DNA of 64,000 nt from the NCBI GenBank assembly GCA_963693055.1, contig OY843751.1, positions 1,972,914 to 2,036,913 on the forward strand, read 5' to 3'. Each line of letters begins with the position of its first letter. The first letter of the stretch is position 1. The stretch is from a bacterium. Its GTDB lineage: Bacteria; Zhuqueibacterota; Zhuqueibacteria; Residuimicrobiales; Krinioviventaceae. A program made the translations under genes and the position numbers. The notes beneath the pieces are model-generated. The model worked only from the letters and a program-made list of their open reading frames with translations, searched no databases and was not told the DNA's origin. Positions 46,176 to 55,483 of the stretch are shown piece after piece.

Positions 46176-47237
46176 ATGGCTAATCAAAATATTGATCGTC
46201 GAACTTTTATTGGTGCAAGCATTGCTTCTACAGCGGGAATTGCAATGAATACTGCGATTGCTGCCCAAGATAAAAAAGTAAAACCCGGACAAAAACGTGT
46301 AACTGAACATCCTTATAATCCCAGAACACACAAGGCAATGCCAACTCGTAATTTAGGAAAAACCGGATATCAAGTAGGTATTTATAGCCTTGGTGGACAG
46401 GCAACTTTGGAAAAACCGGGAACAGAGCATGAATCCGAGCAGATTGTAAACCGAGCTATAGATTTGGGTATTAACTATATAGATACAGCAGCCGCTTATG
46501 GAAAGGGTATTAGCGAAACGAATATAGGTCGTGTTTTAAAGTACAGGCGGGATGAAGTATTTCTTGCTTCTAAAACTCATGACCGAAGTTACGATGGTTC
46601 TATGAAATTATTGGAAAAGAGTTTAAAGTAGCTCCAGACAGATCATCTCGATGTTTGGCAGTTACATAATGTAAAACGACAAGATGAACTGGACCAGATA
46701 TTTGCCAAAGATGGTGCAATTAAGGCCCTTGAAAAAGCAATTGATGAAGGAATGGTTCGTTTTCCCGGTATAACCGGACATTATGAACCGCTTGTATTAG
46801 GAAGGGCGTTAGAGTCTTATGATTTTGCAACCATACTCATGGCAATTAATGCTGCGGATGTACATTATCTCAGTTTCAAGAATTATTTACTTCCCCTTGC
46901 ACAGGAAAAGGGAATAGGTATTATTGGGATGAAATTGGCTACACGAGGCAGACTGTTATCAACCTGGACACCTCCACCGCTTGAAGAACAGCCCGAGCGC
47001 ATGCGTACGTCCAAACCCGGTGCTGTAACAATGAAAGAATCCCTTTATTACAATTTTTCACTACCACTCAGTACTAATATTGTTGGTGTGGATAATGTAA
47101 AACAATTGGAAGAAAATGTGAAATGGGCATCTGAATTTTCTCCTTTAAATGAAAAACAGCTGGCTGAATTAGAGGTAAAAACATTACCGGTTGTAAGACA
47201 GGGGCTATATTTTAGACGTTGGGATATAGGAGCATGA
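46176..47237 (+). pseudogene. Tat-signal aldo/keto reductase interrupted by one in-frame TAG (46629-46631)
   Basis: Track ORFs 46158..46631 and 46752..47237 are in the same frame. The sequence reads ...LLEKSLK*LQTDHLDVWQLHN..., which is the AKR SLKRLxTDYxDLxxxH motif. An AGGAGG SD precedes the start and the N-terminus is RRTFIGASIA. Confidence 0.7.
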
Positions 47238-47247
47238 CTTTTTTATG

Positions 47248-47277
47248 GGCCCGGTGTTAAATTACCGGGCTTTTTTT
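47248..47277 (+). terminator. Rho-independent terminator after the aldo/keto reductase
   Basis: A GCCCGGT...ACCGGGC hairpin is followed by TTTTTTT. Confidence 0.65.
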
Positions 47278-47968
47278 AATACTCTATAGGTTGAGGATCA
47301 TATTCATATTTTTCTCTCCATCTCATTGGTACATCCGCACGGTTATCATAAAATCCACTTTCCCAGTATCCTTTGACGGATTCGCTGGTTAATTCCAGTT
47401 GATTTACCCATTTTGCCCATTTGTATCCGATCTTGCCAAAGTTAATTAATCTTAATGGATATTCATCATTGGGTGCTAACGGATTACCGTTAACTTTGAA
47501 CGCTAACATTGCATTGTATTTTAAAAGATAAGCAAGCGGCAACGATGTTGTATAATCATCAACACAATGGAAAAGTACATGTGCCGCATCTTGTTTGATT
47601 CCTGCCATATCTAATAAGGATTTGATAGATACCCCTTCCCATTGTCCCCAAACTTCCCAACCTTCCACGCAATACATGATTATAGTATCTGATTTAACAG
47701 ATTTCATATTCTGTATCTGCTGCCAATTTAATGAAATTGTTGAATCAACAAGTCCTGTAATGGTGAGGGTAAATGTGTTCATGTCTATTACCGGTACGCC
47801 AAAAACACTGCGTTCAGGACCGTTTTCTGCTTTTACTATATATTCTTTAAAAGGATTTTTATTTCCAGTACCTTCAGGAGCGGTTGTATTGTTGTCAGAT
47901 AATGGCTTTTCATCCTCACAGTATATGAGAAAGACAATAAATAAAAGAAATATATGTTTAATTTGCAT
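47276..47968 (-). CDS. Molybdopterin-binding oxidoreductase domain protein (YedY/MsrP-like)
   Basis: FTLTITGLV...IIMYCVEGWEVWGQWEGV...YPLRLINFGKIGYKWAKWVNQLELT resembles the Oxidored_molyb/YedY family. The ATG at M8 follows GGAG. Confidence 0.6.
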   Translation of the reverse strand: MQIKHIFLLFIVFLIYCEDEKPLSDNNTTAPEGTGNKNPFKEYIVKAENGPERSVFGVPVIDMNTFTLTITGLVDSTISLNWQQIQNMKSVKSDTIIMYCVEGWEVWGQWEGVSIKSLLDMAGIKQDAAHVLFHCVDDYTTSLPLAYLLKYNAMLAFKVNGNPLAPNDEYPLRLINFGKIGYKWAKWVNQLELTSESVKGYWESGFYDNRADVPMRWREKYEYDPQPIEY

Positions 47969-48115
47969 TTTTCTTACTCCATCGAACAAAGCTTATATAA
48001 CAATTCAACAGTGCTTTTTAGTCCTGTATTGAACTTTTGCTTGTTTAAAACAAAAAATCCCCTATATTGAATTTATTGCGTAATGTTACAGTTAACAGGA
48101 GAAAAGGGAGGAGTA

Positions 48116-49483
48116 ATGAACAAGGGTTTTAAGATATCTGTATTGGTTATAATTATTATCATGTTTTTGTCGATTTTGGGTTGTCAAAAAGCACAACCGC
48201 CTAAAGATTATCTCCAGGAAAGCAAAGCGGATTTTGATGCACGTATGCAGTGGTGGAAAGAAGCCCGTTTTGGTATGTTCATCCATTGGGGCTTGTATGC
48301 AATTCCTGCCGGTACATACAATGGCGAACAAATTGGTGGCCTTGGTGAGTGGATCCAGAATAGTGCAAGTATCCCTGCACAAGAGTATGAAAAATATGCC
48401 CCCCAGTTTAATCCCATCAAATATGATGCGAATGAATGGGTCCGTATGGCCAAAGAAGCTGGCATGAAATACATTGTTATAACATCTAAGCATCATGATG
48501 GATTTTGTTTATGGGATTCTAAATTGACAGAATGGGACGTAATGGATGCAACTCCCTTTAAACGGGATATATTAAAAGAATTGAAACAGGCATGTGATGC
48601 CCAGGATATCAAATTATGTTTTTATCATTCCATCATGGATTGGCACCATCCTGATGCACAGGCACCCTTTTATCCGGAATTCAATAATACCAAAAAGACC
48701 AATCCCAATTTCCCCAAATATGTTGAAAATTACATGAAACCTCAATTAAAAGAGTTGGTAGATAATTACGGAAAACTGGGAATTATGTGGTTTGATGGTG
48801 AGTGGATTGGTGATTATACCTCTCCAATGGGTAAAGATGTTTATAATTATGTTAGAAATTTACAGCCAGATATTATTGTGAATAACCGTGTTGACAAAGG
48901 CCGTCAGGGTATGAAAGGTCAAAATAAAGAAGGTGATTTTGCAGGTGATTATGGTACACCGGAGCAAGAAATTCCGGACACCGGTTTGCCAGGTGTAGAA
49001 TGGGAAAGCTGTATGACCATGAATGATACCTGGGGATTTAAATCTTTTGACCATAATTGGAAATCAACTGAAATTTTGGTCAGAAATTTAATTGATATAG
49101 CTTCCAAAGGTGGAAATTATTTGTTAAACATTGGTCCCAAAGCCGATGGTACTTTTCCTGAAGCTAGTATTCAAAGACTTGCAGAAATTGGTGAGTGGAT
49201 GAATGTATATGGAGAATCCATTTATGGCACCATGGCGAGTCCTGTAGAAAAACCTGAATGGGGCAGATATACCCAAAAGGAAGGTAAACTGTACGCACAT
49301 GTTTTTGAATGGCCTAAATCAAGGAAACTGGTTGTTCCTGTAAAAAGTAATGTTTCCAAAGTATATGAACTCTCTACTCCTGAAACTGCATTGAATTTCA
49401 AAGTTTCAGGTGACGAGTGTGTAATTAATTTACCCCGTAAAGCGTTTAATAAAATAGCATCAGTAATTGTAGTTGAATATTAA
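48116..49483 (+). CDS. Alpha-L-fucosidase (GH29)
   Basis: ARFGMFIHWGLYAIPAG and YIVITSKHHDGFCLWDS are typical of GH29. A GGAGG SD and a signal or lipoprotein N-terminus are present. Confidence 0.8.
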   Translation: MNKGFKISVLVIIIIMFLSILGCQKAQPPKDYLQESKADFDARMQWWKEARFGMFIHWGLYAIPAGTYNGEQIGGLGEWIQNSASIPAQEYEKYAPQFNPIKYDANEWVRMAKEAGMKYIVITSKHHDGFCLWDSKLTEWDVMDATPFKRDILKELKQACDAQDIKLCFYHSIMDWHHPDAQAPFYPEFNNTKKTNPNFPKYVENYMKPQLKELVDNYGKLGIMWFDGEWIGDYTSPMGKDVYNYVRNLQPDIIVNNRVDKGRQGMKGQNKEGDFAGDYGTPEQEIPDTGLPGVEWESCMTMNDTWGFKSFDHNWKSTEILVRNLIDIASKGGNYLLNIGPKADGTFPEASIQRLAEIGEWMNVYGESIYGTMASPVEKPEWGRYTQKEGKLYAHVFEWPKSRKLVVPVKSNVSKVYELSTPETALNFKVSGDECVINLPRKAFNKIASVIVVEY

Positions 49484-49529
49484 TTTATGATGCGGTATTC
49501 TTGCCGCATTTTAATTTTTGAGAAGTCTT

Positions 49530-49973
49530 ATGAGAAAAGTTTACTTTTTAATAGTTATTGCATTTATTGAAGGTGTTGTTATGAGTAATAGTATAAAGCC
49601 CAAGGCAGCTGTTGCAAAATATAAATCCGTATTACCTGAATATACAATTGAAAATTGTGTTTCACAATTTACCCGAGATAAAGCCGTTACCACAGATAAA
49701 GGATTTTATTACTGGTTTGTTGAAAAAAAGTTTACTAGTAATCTGAATGTAAAAATGTCAGAGGTGGGTGGCAATTCAGCTAATCATCCCCCTCATGTGC
49801 ATAATGAAGCCGAAGTGTTTTATATTCTTGAAGGTACAGCAAAATTCTATTTGAATGGTGAGTCAACAACTGCTGGTCCAAACAGTACTTTTTATTGTCC
49901 ACCAGATATACCACATGGAATAAGCAATGCAGGTGACGGACCCTTGAGATATTTGGTTATAAAAAATAACTGA
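49530..49973 (+). CDS. Cupin-domain protein
   Basis: Cupin motifs are present: HPPHVHNEAEVFYILEG and PPDIPHGISNAG. Confidence 0.6.
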   Translation: MRKVYFLIVIAFIEGVVMSNSIKPKAAVAKYKSVLPEYTIENCVSQFTRDKAVTTDKGFYYWFVEKKFTSNLNVKMSEVGGNSANHPPHVHNEAEVFYILEGTAKFYLNGESTTAGPNSTFYCPPDIPHGISNAGDGPLRYLVIKNN

Positions 49974-49984
49974 TCAAGAGGGAA

Positions 49985-50986
49985 TTGTTGAACGCATTTG
50001 AAAGGTTTCATAACCGCATTCAAGGACTGGCTGTAGATCGTGTGCCTAATTTTAATATAATGATGGCGTTTGCTGCTCATTATATCAACAAAAACTTGTC
50101 CAGCTATTATCTTGATTATCGGGTGCTTTGTGAAGCAAATTTAGCTGTTGCTAAGGACTTTGGTATTGATATCTTGCAGGCTATATCAGATCCCTATCGG
50201 GAAGCCCATGATCTGGGGGCAAAGATAGAATTCCCGGAGGATGGTCTGCCTGTTTCGCGCGTGCCGTTGCTTTTAGAAAAATCTGATTTGAAAAAGTTGA
50301 AAATTGTCAGGCCTGAAGACGGTAAACGTATGCATGATCGTTTGCTGGCAATTCGCAAGTTTCGTGAAAAAGCTGGAGGAGAAATTCCAATATTGGGATG
50401 GGTTGAAGGAGCACTCGCTGAGGCTGCGGACTTGAGGGGTGTAAACCAGCTTATGATAGATTTGTATGAAGATCCTGCATGGGTATTAGAACTGCTAGGA
50501 TTTTGTGTAGAACAGGCCAAAGTTTTTGCCAAGGCACAGGTTGAGGCAGGTGCAGATATTGTTGGCTTGGGTGATGCAGTTGCATCACAAATTTCACCGG
50601 ATATGTATTGTCAGTTTGCACTGCCATATGAGCAACAGATATTTGCTACAATAAAAAATTATGGAGCAATACCTAGATTACATATCTGCGGAAATACCAC
50701 GCAAATTTTAACCGCCATGAAAGATAGTGGAGCAGATATTATTGATTTAGACTGGATGGTTAGTTTAAAAGACGCGATAAATATTTATGGTAAGCATCCT
50801 ATAGTTTGTGGTAATATTGATCCGGTAGCCGTATTGTTAAATGGATCTGTCGATCTGGTCAAAAAGAAAACGAGAAATAGTTTGCAAATGGGTGGAGATT
50901 TTTGTATACACATGGCAGGTTGTGAAATACCAGATCATACTCCTGTTAAAAATTTATATGCTCAGGCAGAAATGTTAAGAGTTTAA
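49985..50986 (+). CDS. Uroporphyrinogen-decarboxylase (URO-D) family protein, MtaA/CmuA-like methyltransferase
   Basis: The URO-D-family layout is visible (RVPNFNIMM, ISDPYREAHDLGAKIEFPEDG, HICGNTT, DLDW). A TTG start follows GAGGGAA. Confidence 0.55.
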   Translation: MLNAFERFHNRIQGLAVDRVPNFNIMMAFAAHYINKNLSSYYLDYRVLCEANLAVAKDFGIDILQAISDPYREAHDLGAKIEFPEDGLPVSRVPLLLEKSDLKKLKIVRPEDGKRMHDRLLAIRKFREKAGGEIPILGWVEGALAEAADLRGVNQLMIDLYEDPAWVLELLGFCVEQAKVFAKAQVEAGADIVGLGDAVASQISPDMYCQFALPYEQQIFATIKNYGAIPRLHICGNTTQILTAMKDSGADIIDLDWMVSLKDAINIYGKHPIVCGNIDPVAVLLNGSVDLVKKKTRNSLQMGGDFCIHMAGCEIPDHTPVKNLYAQAEMLRV

Positions 50987-51017
50987 TGGAAAATGATAAT
51001 TAAAATTGGAATCGTTT

Positions 51018-51908
51018 ATGAGTGCAATTAAAGATTTATTACAAAAAAAGAAAATTCTTGTTTCTGATGGTGCCTGGGGCACCTTTTTGATAGCAAAAGG
51101 CCTTAAACCAGGAGAATGCCCCGAAGTCTGGAACCTTGAGCGTCCTGACGATGTGCAGACAATTCCTGCTGCTTATTTTGATGCGGGTGCTGACATGGTA
51201 TTAACCAACAGTTTTGGTGCCAGTCCCTTCAAGCTTGATCATTTTGGTTTAGCAGACAAAACATTCGAAATTAATAAAGCTGCTGCCGAGATATCCAAAC
51301 GAGCGGCGGGTACAGGTCAATTGGTTTTAGGTTCCGTAGGCCCTACCGGTGTGATTTTGATGATGGGACAGGTTAGTCCGGATGAACTCTATGATGGTTT
51401 TGCAAAACAGGTTACCGGTCTTGCCGCAGGCGGTGTGGATGCGATCTGTATTGAAACCATGTCCGCACTGGATGAAGCAGAGCAAGCATTAAAAGCAGTT
51501 AGAGAAAACACCGATCTTGAAGTTGTTACTACCTTTACTTTTGAAGAGACGGTTGATGGTGATTTTAGGACGATGATGGGTGTTTCACCGGAAGATATGA
51601 TTAATGCTTTATCTGCTTATAATATTGATGTAATTGGTACAAATTGCGGAAATGGTATGAAGCAGATGTTGGGTATAGTTGAACGAATTAAAAAAGCTGC
51701 ACCTGATACTCCAATACTTGTTCATGCAAATGCCGGCAAACCCGTAATTGACGATGCAGGTAAAACGGTTTTTCCTGAATCTCCTCAGGAGATGGCTGAA
51801 CTGGTTACACCCATATTAAAAGCTGGTGCATCGATTGTAGGTGGATGCTGTGGTACTACTCCCGAGCATATTAATCAAATACGTAAAGTTGTGGAACAAT
51901 ATAAATGA
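51018..51908 (+). CDS. Homocysteine S-methyltransferase domain protein (MetH N-terminal-module-like)
   Basis: ILVSDGAWGT and AGADMVLTNSFGA are present. The Zn ligands are GTNCGNG and GGCCGTTPEHI. Confidence 0.7.
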   Translation: MSAIKDLLQKKKILVSDGAWGTFLIAKGLKPGECPEVWNLERPDDVQTIPAAYFDAGADMVLTNSFGASPFKLDHFGLADKTFEINKAAAEISKRAAGTGQLVLGSVGPTGVILMMGQVSPDELYDGFAKQVTGLAAGGVDAICIETMSALDEAEQALKAVRENTDLEVVTTFTFEETVDGDFRTMMGVSPEDMINALSAYNIDVIGTNCGNGMKQMLGIVERIKKAAPDTPILVHANAGKPVIDDAGKTVFPESPQEMAELVTPILKAGASIVGGCCGTTPEHINQIRKVVEQYK

Positions 51909-52612
51909 CCGATTCTATTTTTAATAATGATATTTTGTCAGTATCCATTTCAACTGACGAGATCAAAGTTGATCCTGAAAAAATTGAAACCTTTTTGGGG
52001 TATCCCAAAGACCAGGCACCTGATTTTATCAAGGAAAGCATTACAGATATCATTAAATCATCTCGCGAGTATATTCAAATAACAGCAGGGTATACAATTC
52101 GTCCGGTTGTGAGGGGAGAAGACAAGTCCTTTCTCACAATTGGAAACAAAGCGTTTAATACAGGTAAAATTATTTCAGCTCAAATGAACAGAGCAGAGTA
52201 TGCTGCATTTTTTTTGTGTACCATAGGGCCTGATCTCGAAAACTGGGTGAAAAAACTCAGTGAAGAAGGAGAAATTATGTCCAGCTTTATAGCTGATCAT
52301 GTTGCTTCCGAATCTGTAGAAAAGGTTGTTGATGTTTTGAATGATAAATTGAAAATTGATTTGGAATCAAAAGGATATGGCGCAACCTATCCCTTTAGTC
52401 CAGGGTATTGTGGATGGCATGTTTCTGAACAACCCATGTTGTTTTCATTTTTCCCGGAAAATCCATTTGGTATCAAATTGAGTGATTCACATTTAATGAT
52501 CCCTATGAAATCCGTTAGTGGTATTATTGGCATTGGGCGTGAAGCCAAACAACGTGTTTATCCTTGCAAAATTTGTACATTCAAAGAGTGTTATAAAAAC
52601 CAACAAAAGTGA
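51905..52612 (+). CDS. Stand-alone methionine-synthase activation-domain-like protein
   Basis: The C-terminal FSPGYCGWHVSEQPMLFSFF...IKLSDSHLMIPMKSVSGIIGIG resembles the B12-dependent Met synthase activation region. Its start overlaps the upstream stop as ATGA. Confidence 0.5.
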   Translation: MTDSIFNNDILSVSISTDEIKVDPEKIETFLGYPKDQAPDFIKESITDIIKSSREYIQITAGYTIRPVVRGEDKSFLTIGNKAFNTGKIISAQMNRAEYAAFFLCTIGPDLENWVKKLSEEGEIMSSFIADHVASESVEKVVDVLNDKLKIDLESKGYGATYPFSPGYCGWHVSEQPMLFSFFPENPFGIKLSDSHLMIPMKSVSGIIGIGREAKQRVYPCKICTFKECYKNQQK

Positions 52613-52660
52613 TAAAATATTTTTTTACTTGCAATTCATTATTTTTTTTCTTTAATTAAA

Positions 52661-52676
52661 TCGAACGTTCGTTCGA
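52661..52676. promoter_or_regulatory. Candidate TetR operator palindrome
   Basis: TCGAACG-TT-CGTTCGA is a perfect 7-bp inverted repeat. It ends 18 nt upstream of the TetR ATG. Confidence 0.4.
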
Positions 52677-52693
52677 AATAATTCAGGGCTTTC

Positions 52694-53335
52694 ATGTACA
52701 ATAATGATCTACGAGAAAAAATTCTAAACACGGCTATCCGTTTGTTTGCTAAACAGGGTTATAATGCTACAGGAGTGCGTCAGATTACCAAAGAGGCTGA
52801 TACTACTGTTTCTATGGTCAGTTATTATTTTGGTTCAAAAGAAGGAATTCTTCAGGAAATTATTGATGATTATTTTAGAAAAATTCAACCCTTTGTTGAT
52901 ACTGCATTCAAAGATACAACTAGTCATGAAATGATGATAAGGAATTTTGTTAATAATTATTTAACAATAATCAAAGATTATCCTGATCAGGTGCGCATTG
53001 TCAACCACGAGTTGGCTTTTGGTAATAGTAAAGTTGAAGATCTGCGTACTGAACATGTTAAAAGACATCAGAATAAAATTCAAGATTTTATACAAACTGA
53101 TACTCAAGTCAATAAAGATATAGAATATGAAATGACCATCCTTTGGAGTGCACTTATGGGGATGGTTGTTTATCCGGTTATGCTGAAACCTATCTATAGC
53201 AAAATATTTTTAGATACTGATCAGGAATTCATGGATCGTTTTGTAGATATAATCACCACAATGGCATTGAATGGAATGCAGCCGTTATTAGAAAAAATGA
53301 TGTCAATGCATGATGTAATGCATTCAAATTCTTAA
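52694..53335 (+). CDS. TetR/AcrR-family transcriptional regulator
   Basis: The N-terminal HTH is KILNTAIRLFAKQGYNATGVRQITKEADTTVSMVSYYFGSKEGIL. Confidence 0.85.
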   Translation: MYNNDLREKILNTAIRLFAKQGYNATGVRQITKEADTTVSMVSYYFGSKEGILQEIIDDYFRKIQPFVDTAFKDTTSHEMMIRNFVNNYLTIIKDYPDQVRIVNHELAFGNSKVEDLRTEHVKRHQNKIQDFIQTDTQVNKDIEYEMTILWSALMGMVVYPVMLKPIYSKIFLDTDQEFMDRFVDIITTMALNGMQPLLEKMMSMHDVMHSNS

Positions 53336-53362
53336 AAACACCACGTCCCATGGTGTCTTACA

Positions 53363-53394
53363 GGCCGGTTAAAAAAAATATTTTTTTAGCCGGC
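53363..53394. terminator. AT-rich palindromic terminator between convergent genes
   Basis: The hairpin GGCCGGTTAAAAAAAATATTTTTTTAGCCGGC lies between the stops at 53335 (+) and 53397 (-). Confidence 0.5.
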
Positions 53395-53396
53395 TC

Positions 53397-54179
53397 TTAT
53401 TTTTGGGGATGTAATGTTAGCCAGAACCTCAGGTTTTTATCGCCGGGAGTGGCAATATCTTTAAACATGGAGAACCACCCATTTTTTTCTCCACCCCAAC
53501 CAAAATTCAGATGTACCATGAATTTATCATTTTCAAATCGATACCCATCAATAACAACTGCGTGCCCGCTTCCTTTAACATCCATGTTTCTATAGTAGAA
53601 AAAAACAGGGTTACCCAACTCAATCTCATGTATAACCAGATTTCTGATTTTTCTTTTACCTTGTAGTAATCCTTTATACTGCAAATAGAGCTGTGCTTTA
53701 ACAGGTAAATGTTTTTCTATAATTTTTTTGGAGGGCATCATGGTCATGTATCTTCCTCTTCCAAAATCTTTTTGAACAACTAGAGCAGACGCATAACAAT
53801 ATTCGGCAATTTGTTGTGAAATACTGTCCGGAGTATCCTTTTTAATCTGATCGGCAAAGTTATCCCAAATGATTGTAAAATCCGATAAATTTTCATCTAT
53901 TTCATATCCTTTAGAACACGTGTATTTTACTTTGCCGTGAGGTATCAATTTATGATGATACATTATCTGTGCAAGAGCGGTTGACCAGCAACCCATTGTA
54001 TTGCTTTCTGGCTCTGGTGTAAATGCAGCATAGGGACCGCTTCCCGTCCAGTTTGTAGATAGTAAAACGGTATTTTCTCTGTGATTAGGAGAGGGAGAGT
54101 AAAAAGGAAGGTTTGAATACAGGGTGTAAATTAAAACAATTGCAACAAGAATGATAATTGAATATTTGATGGTTTTCAT
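53397..54179 (-). CDS. C10 (streptopain/SpeB)-like cysteine peptidase
   Basis: The catalytic-Cys context MGCWSTALAQIMYHHK and the His context GSGHAVVIDGY are present. It has a signal peptide. Confidence 0.55.
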   Translation of the reverse strand: MKTIKYSIIILVAIVLIYTLYSNLPFYSPSPNHRENTVLLSTNWTGSGPYAAFTPEPESNTMGCWSTALAQIMYHHKLIPHGKVKYTCSKGYEIDENLSDFTIIWDNFADQIKKDTPDSISQQIAEYCYASALVVQKDFGRGRYMTMMPSKKIIEKHLPVKAQLYLQYKGLLQGKRKIRNLVIHEIELGNPVFFYYRNMDVKGSGHAVVIDGYRFENDKFMVHLNFGWGGEKNGWFSMFKDIATPGDKNLRFWLTLHPQK

Positions 54180-54293
54180 AGCAGTTCCGTATTTAAAGTG
54201 GTTTGTTGTAATACATACGGAACATCATTGTTTCTGTTACAAAAAAATACCCGCTTTTAATAAATAAAAGCGGGTTGATTGATTATATGTCGA

Positions 54294-55451
54294 TTATTGA
54301 ATTTCTAAATAATCCTTGTCTGGCAGCTCTGGGAATTTCGCATGTGGCTCTTGTTGATACCAGAAAGCGACAGAAGAGATATCATCCTGAAGAGGTAAAT
54401 ATCTGCCACCGCTTCTCCAACCAAGAGCCTGCATGGTAACTTTGAGGTTTTTATCAAAACGAACCGGATCTGTTATATGCCAACGATACAAACCGAAACG
54501 GGTTTGTGATTTGCGCAAAGGTTCTGTATCCGCTTTTACGACATAAAATCCAGCATAAGGAGTTGTGTATTCCCGATATTCTTTGACACCATCTTCACGA
54601 AGCGCTGAAAATCCATACGAACCACAGAAATAGTCTTCAGTACCGGTACCGCAGATGGTTGGAAATTGTTTATCACCATCCATGAAAAATTTAATTTCAC
54701 CTTCACCCCACCAGCTGTTATTATTAGAACCCCAGGCCATATATGTACCTACAAAATGACCTTTACCTTTAACACCATCCAGAATAGTAAAATCTTCTTT
54801 ATATGGCAAGGGATTGGTTCTGCGGAATTGCGCGTGAAAATATGCTGCATCATCAGATATTTCTGTGAGTGTGTAATTGATTTGAAAATACAATTTCATT
54901 CTTTTGTCATCAAGATTAGTCATTGTGATTTTGCATTTTTTACGAAAAGGCATGATCCAATAAGAATTAAAGGCACTGCCAGGATTTACACATACCGGTA
55001 TTGAAGATATATGTTTATATGTCTTCCACCCCTGGCAAAAGAAATCACCAACAGGGACTTCAACAGAGGGTTCTGTTTCATCATCATAATAGATTCGAAT
55101 AATTGAGAATCTCCAATCACCAGTTGGTGTCATCCAAATTTGTTGAATAGCACCGGGACCTTCTATGTCAGCCAGTGTAAAGGTTTGTTTAGATTCAATA
55201 TGAATATAGGGATTTACTTTCCATCCTTGTCCCAAATCTCTAGCAGCTTTTGCGGCTGTACCTTCTTCAAGGGTTGCCATGCCGCCTTTACCTTTCTCGC
55301 CGGTTAAATTTTCAGGACTAATGGAACGGGTTTTGGCATTAGACAATAATGTCAGATCACCCAAATTAGATGACAATCCATTAAATGATTGGGCCTGTAC
55401 AAACCCAATTGTAAATACCAACAATAACAATACTGTGATTCTAACTCTCAT
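54294..55451 (-). CDS. DUF2961 / GH172-family glycoside hydrolase
   Basis: Motifs include IQQIWMT, VPVGDFFC, NSYWIMPFRKKCKITMTN, WWGEGEIKFFMDGD and CGTGTEDYFCGSYGF. The start at M21 follows GGAGG. Confidence 0.7.
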   Translation of the reverse strand: MRVRITVLLLLVFTIGFVQAQSFNGLSSNLGDLTLLSNAKTRSISPENLTGEKGKGGMATLEEGTAAKAARDLGQGWKVNPYIHIESKQTFTLADIEGPGAIQQIWMTPTGDWRFSIIRIYYDDETEPSVEVPVGDFFCQGWKTYKHISSIPVCVNPGSAFNSYWIMPFRKKCKITMTNLDDKRMKLYFQINYTLTEISDDAAYFHAQFRRTNPLPYKEDFTILDGVKGKGHFVGTYMAWGSNNNSWWGEGEIKFFMDGDKQFPTICGTGTEDYFCGSYGFSALREDGVKEYREYTTPYAGFYVVKADTEPLRKSQTRFGLYRWHITDPVRFDKNLKVTMQALGWRSGGRYLPLQDDISSVAFWYQQEPHAKFPELPDKDYLEIQ

Positions 55452-55483
55452 AACTTCCTCCGTTATTTTTTTATTATGATTGC

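Noticed and set aside
46629-46631. The in-frame TAG as pyrrolysine or a genome-wide stop-codon reassignment.
   Set aside because: TAG terminates several well-defined long genes in this window (transposase, cytochrome, RDD protein). No pyl genes are visible. A local mutation, sequencing error or read-through is more parsimonious.
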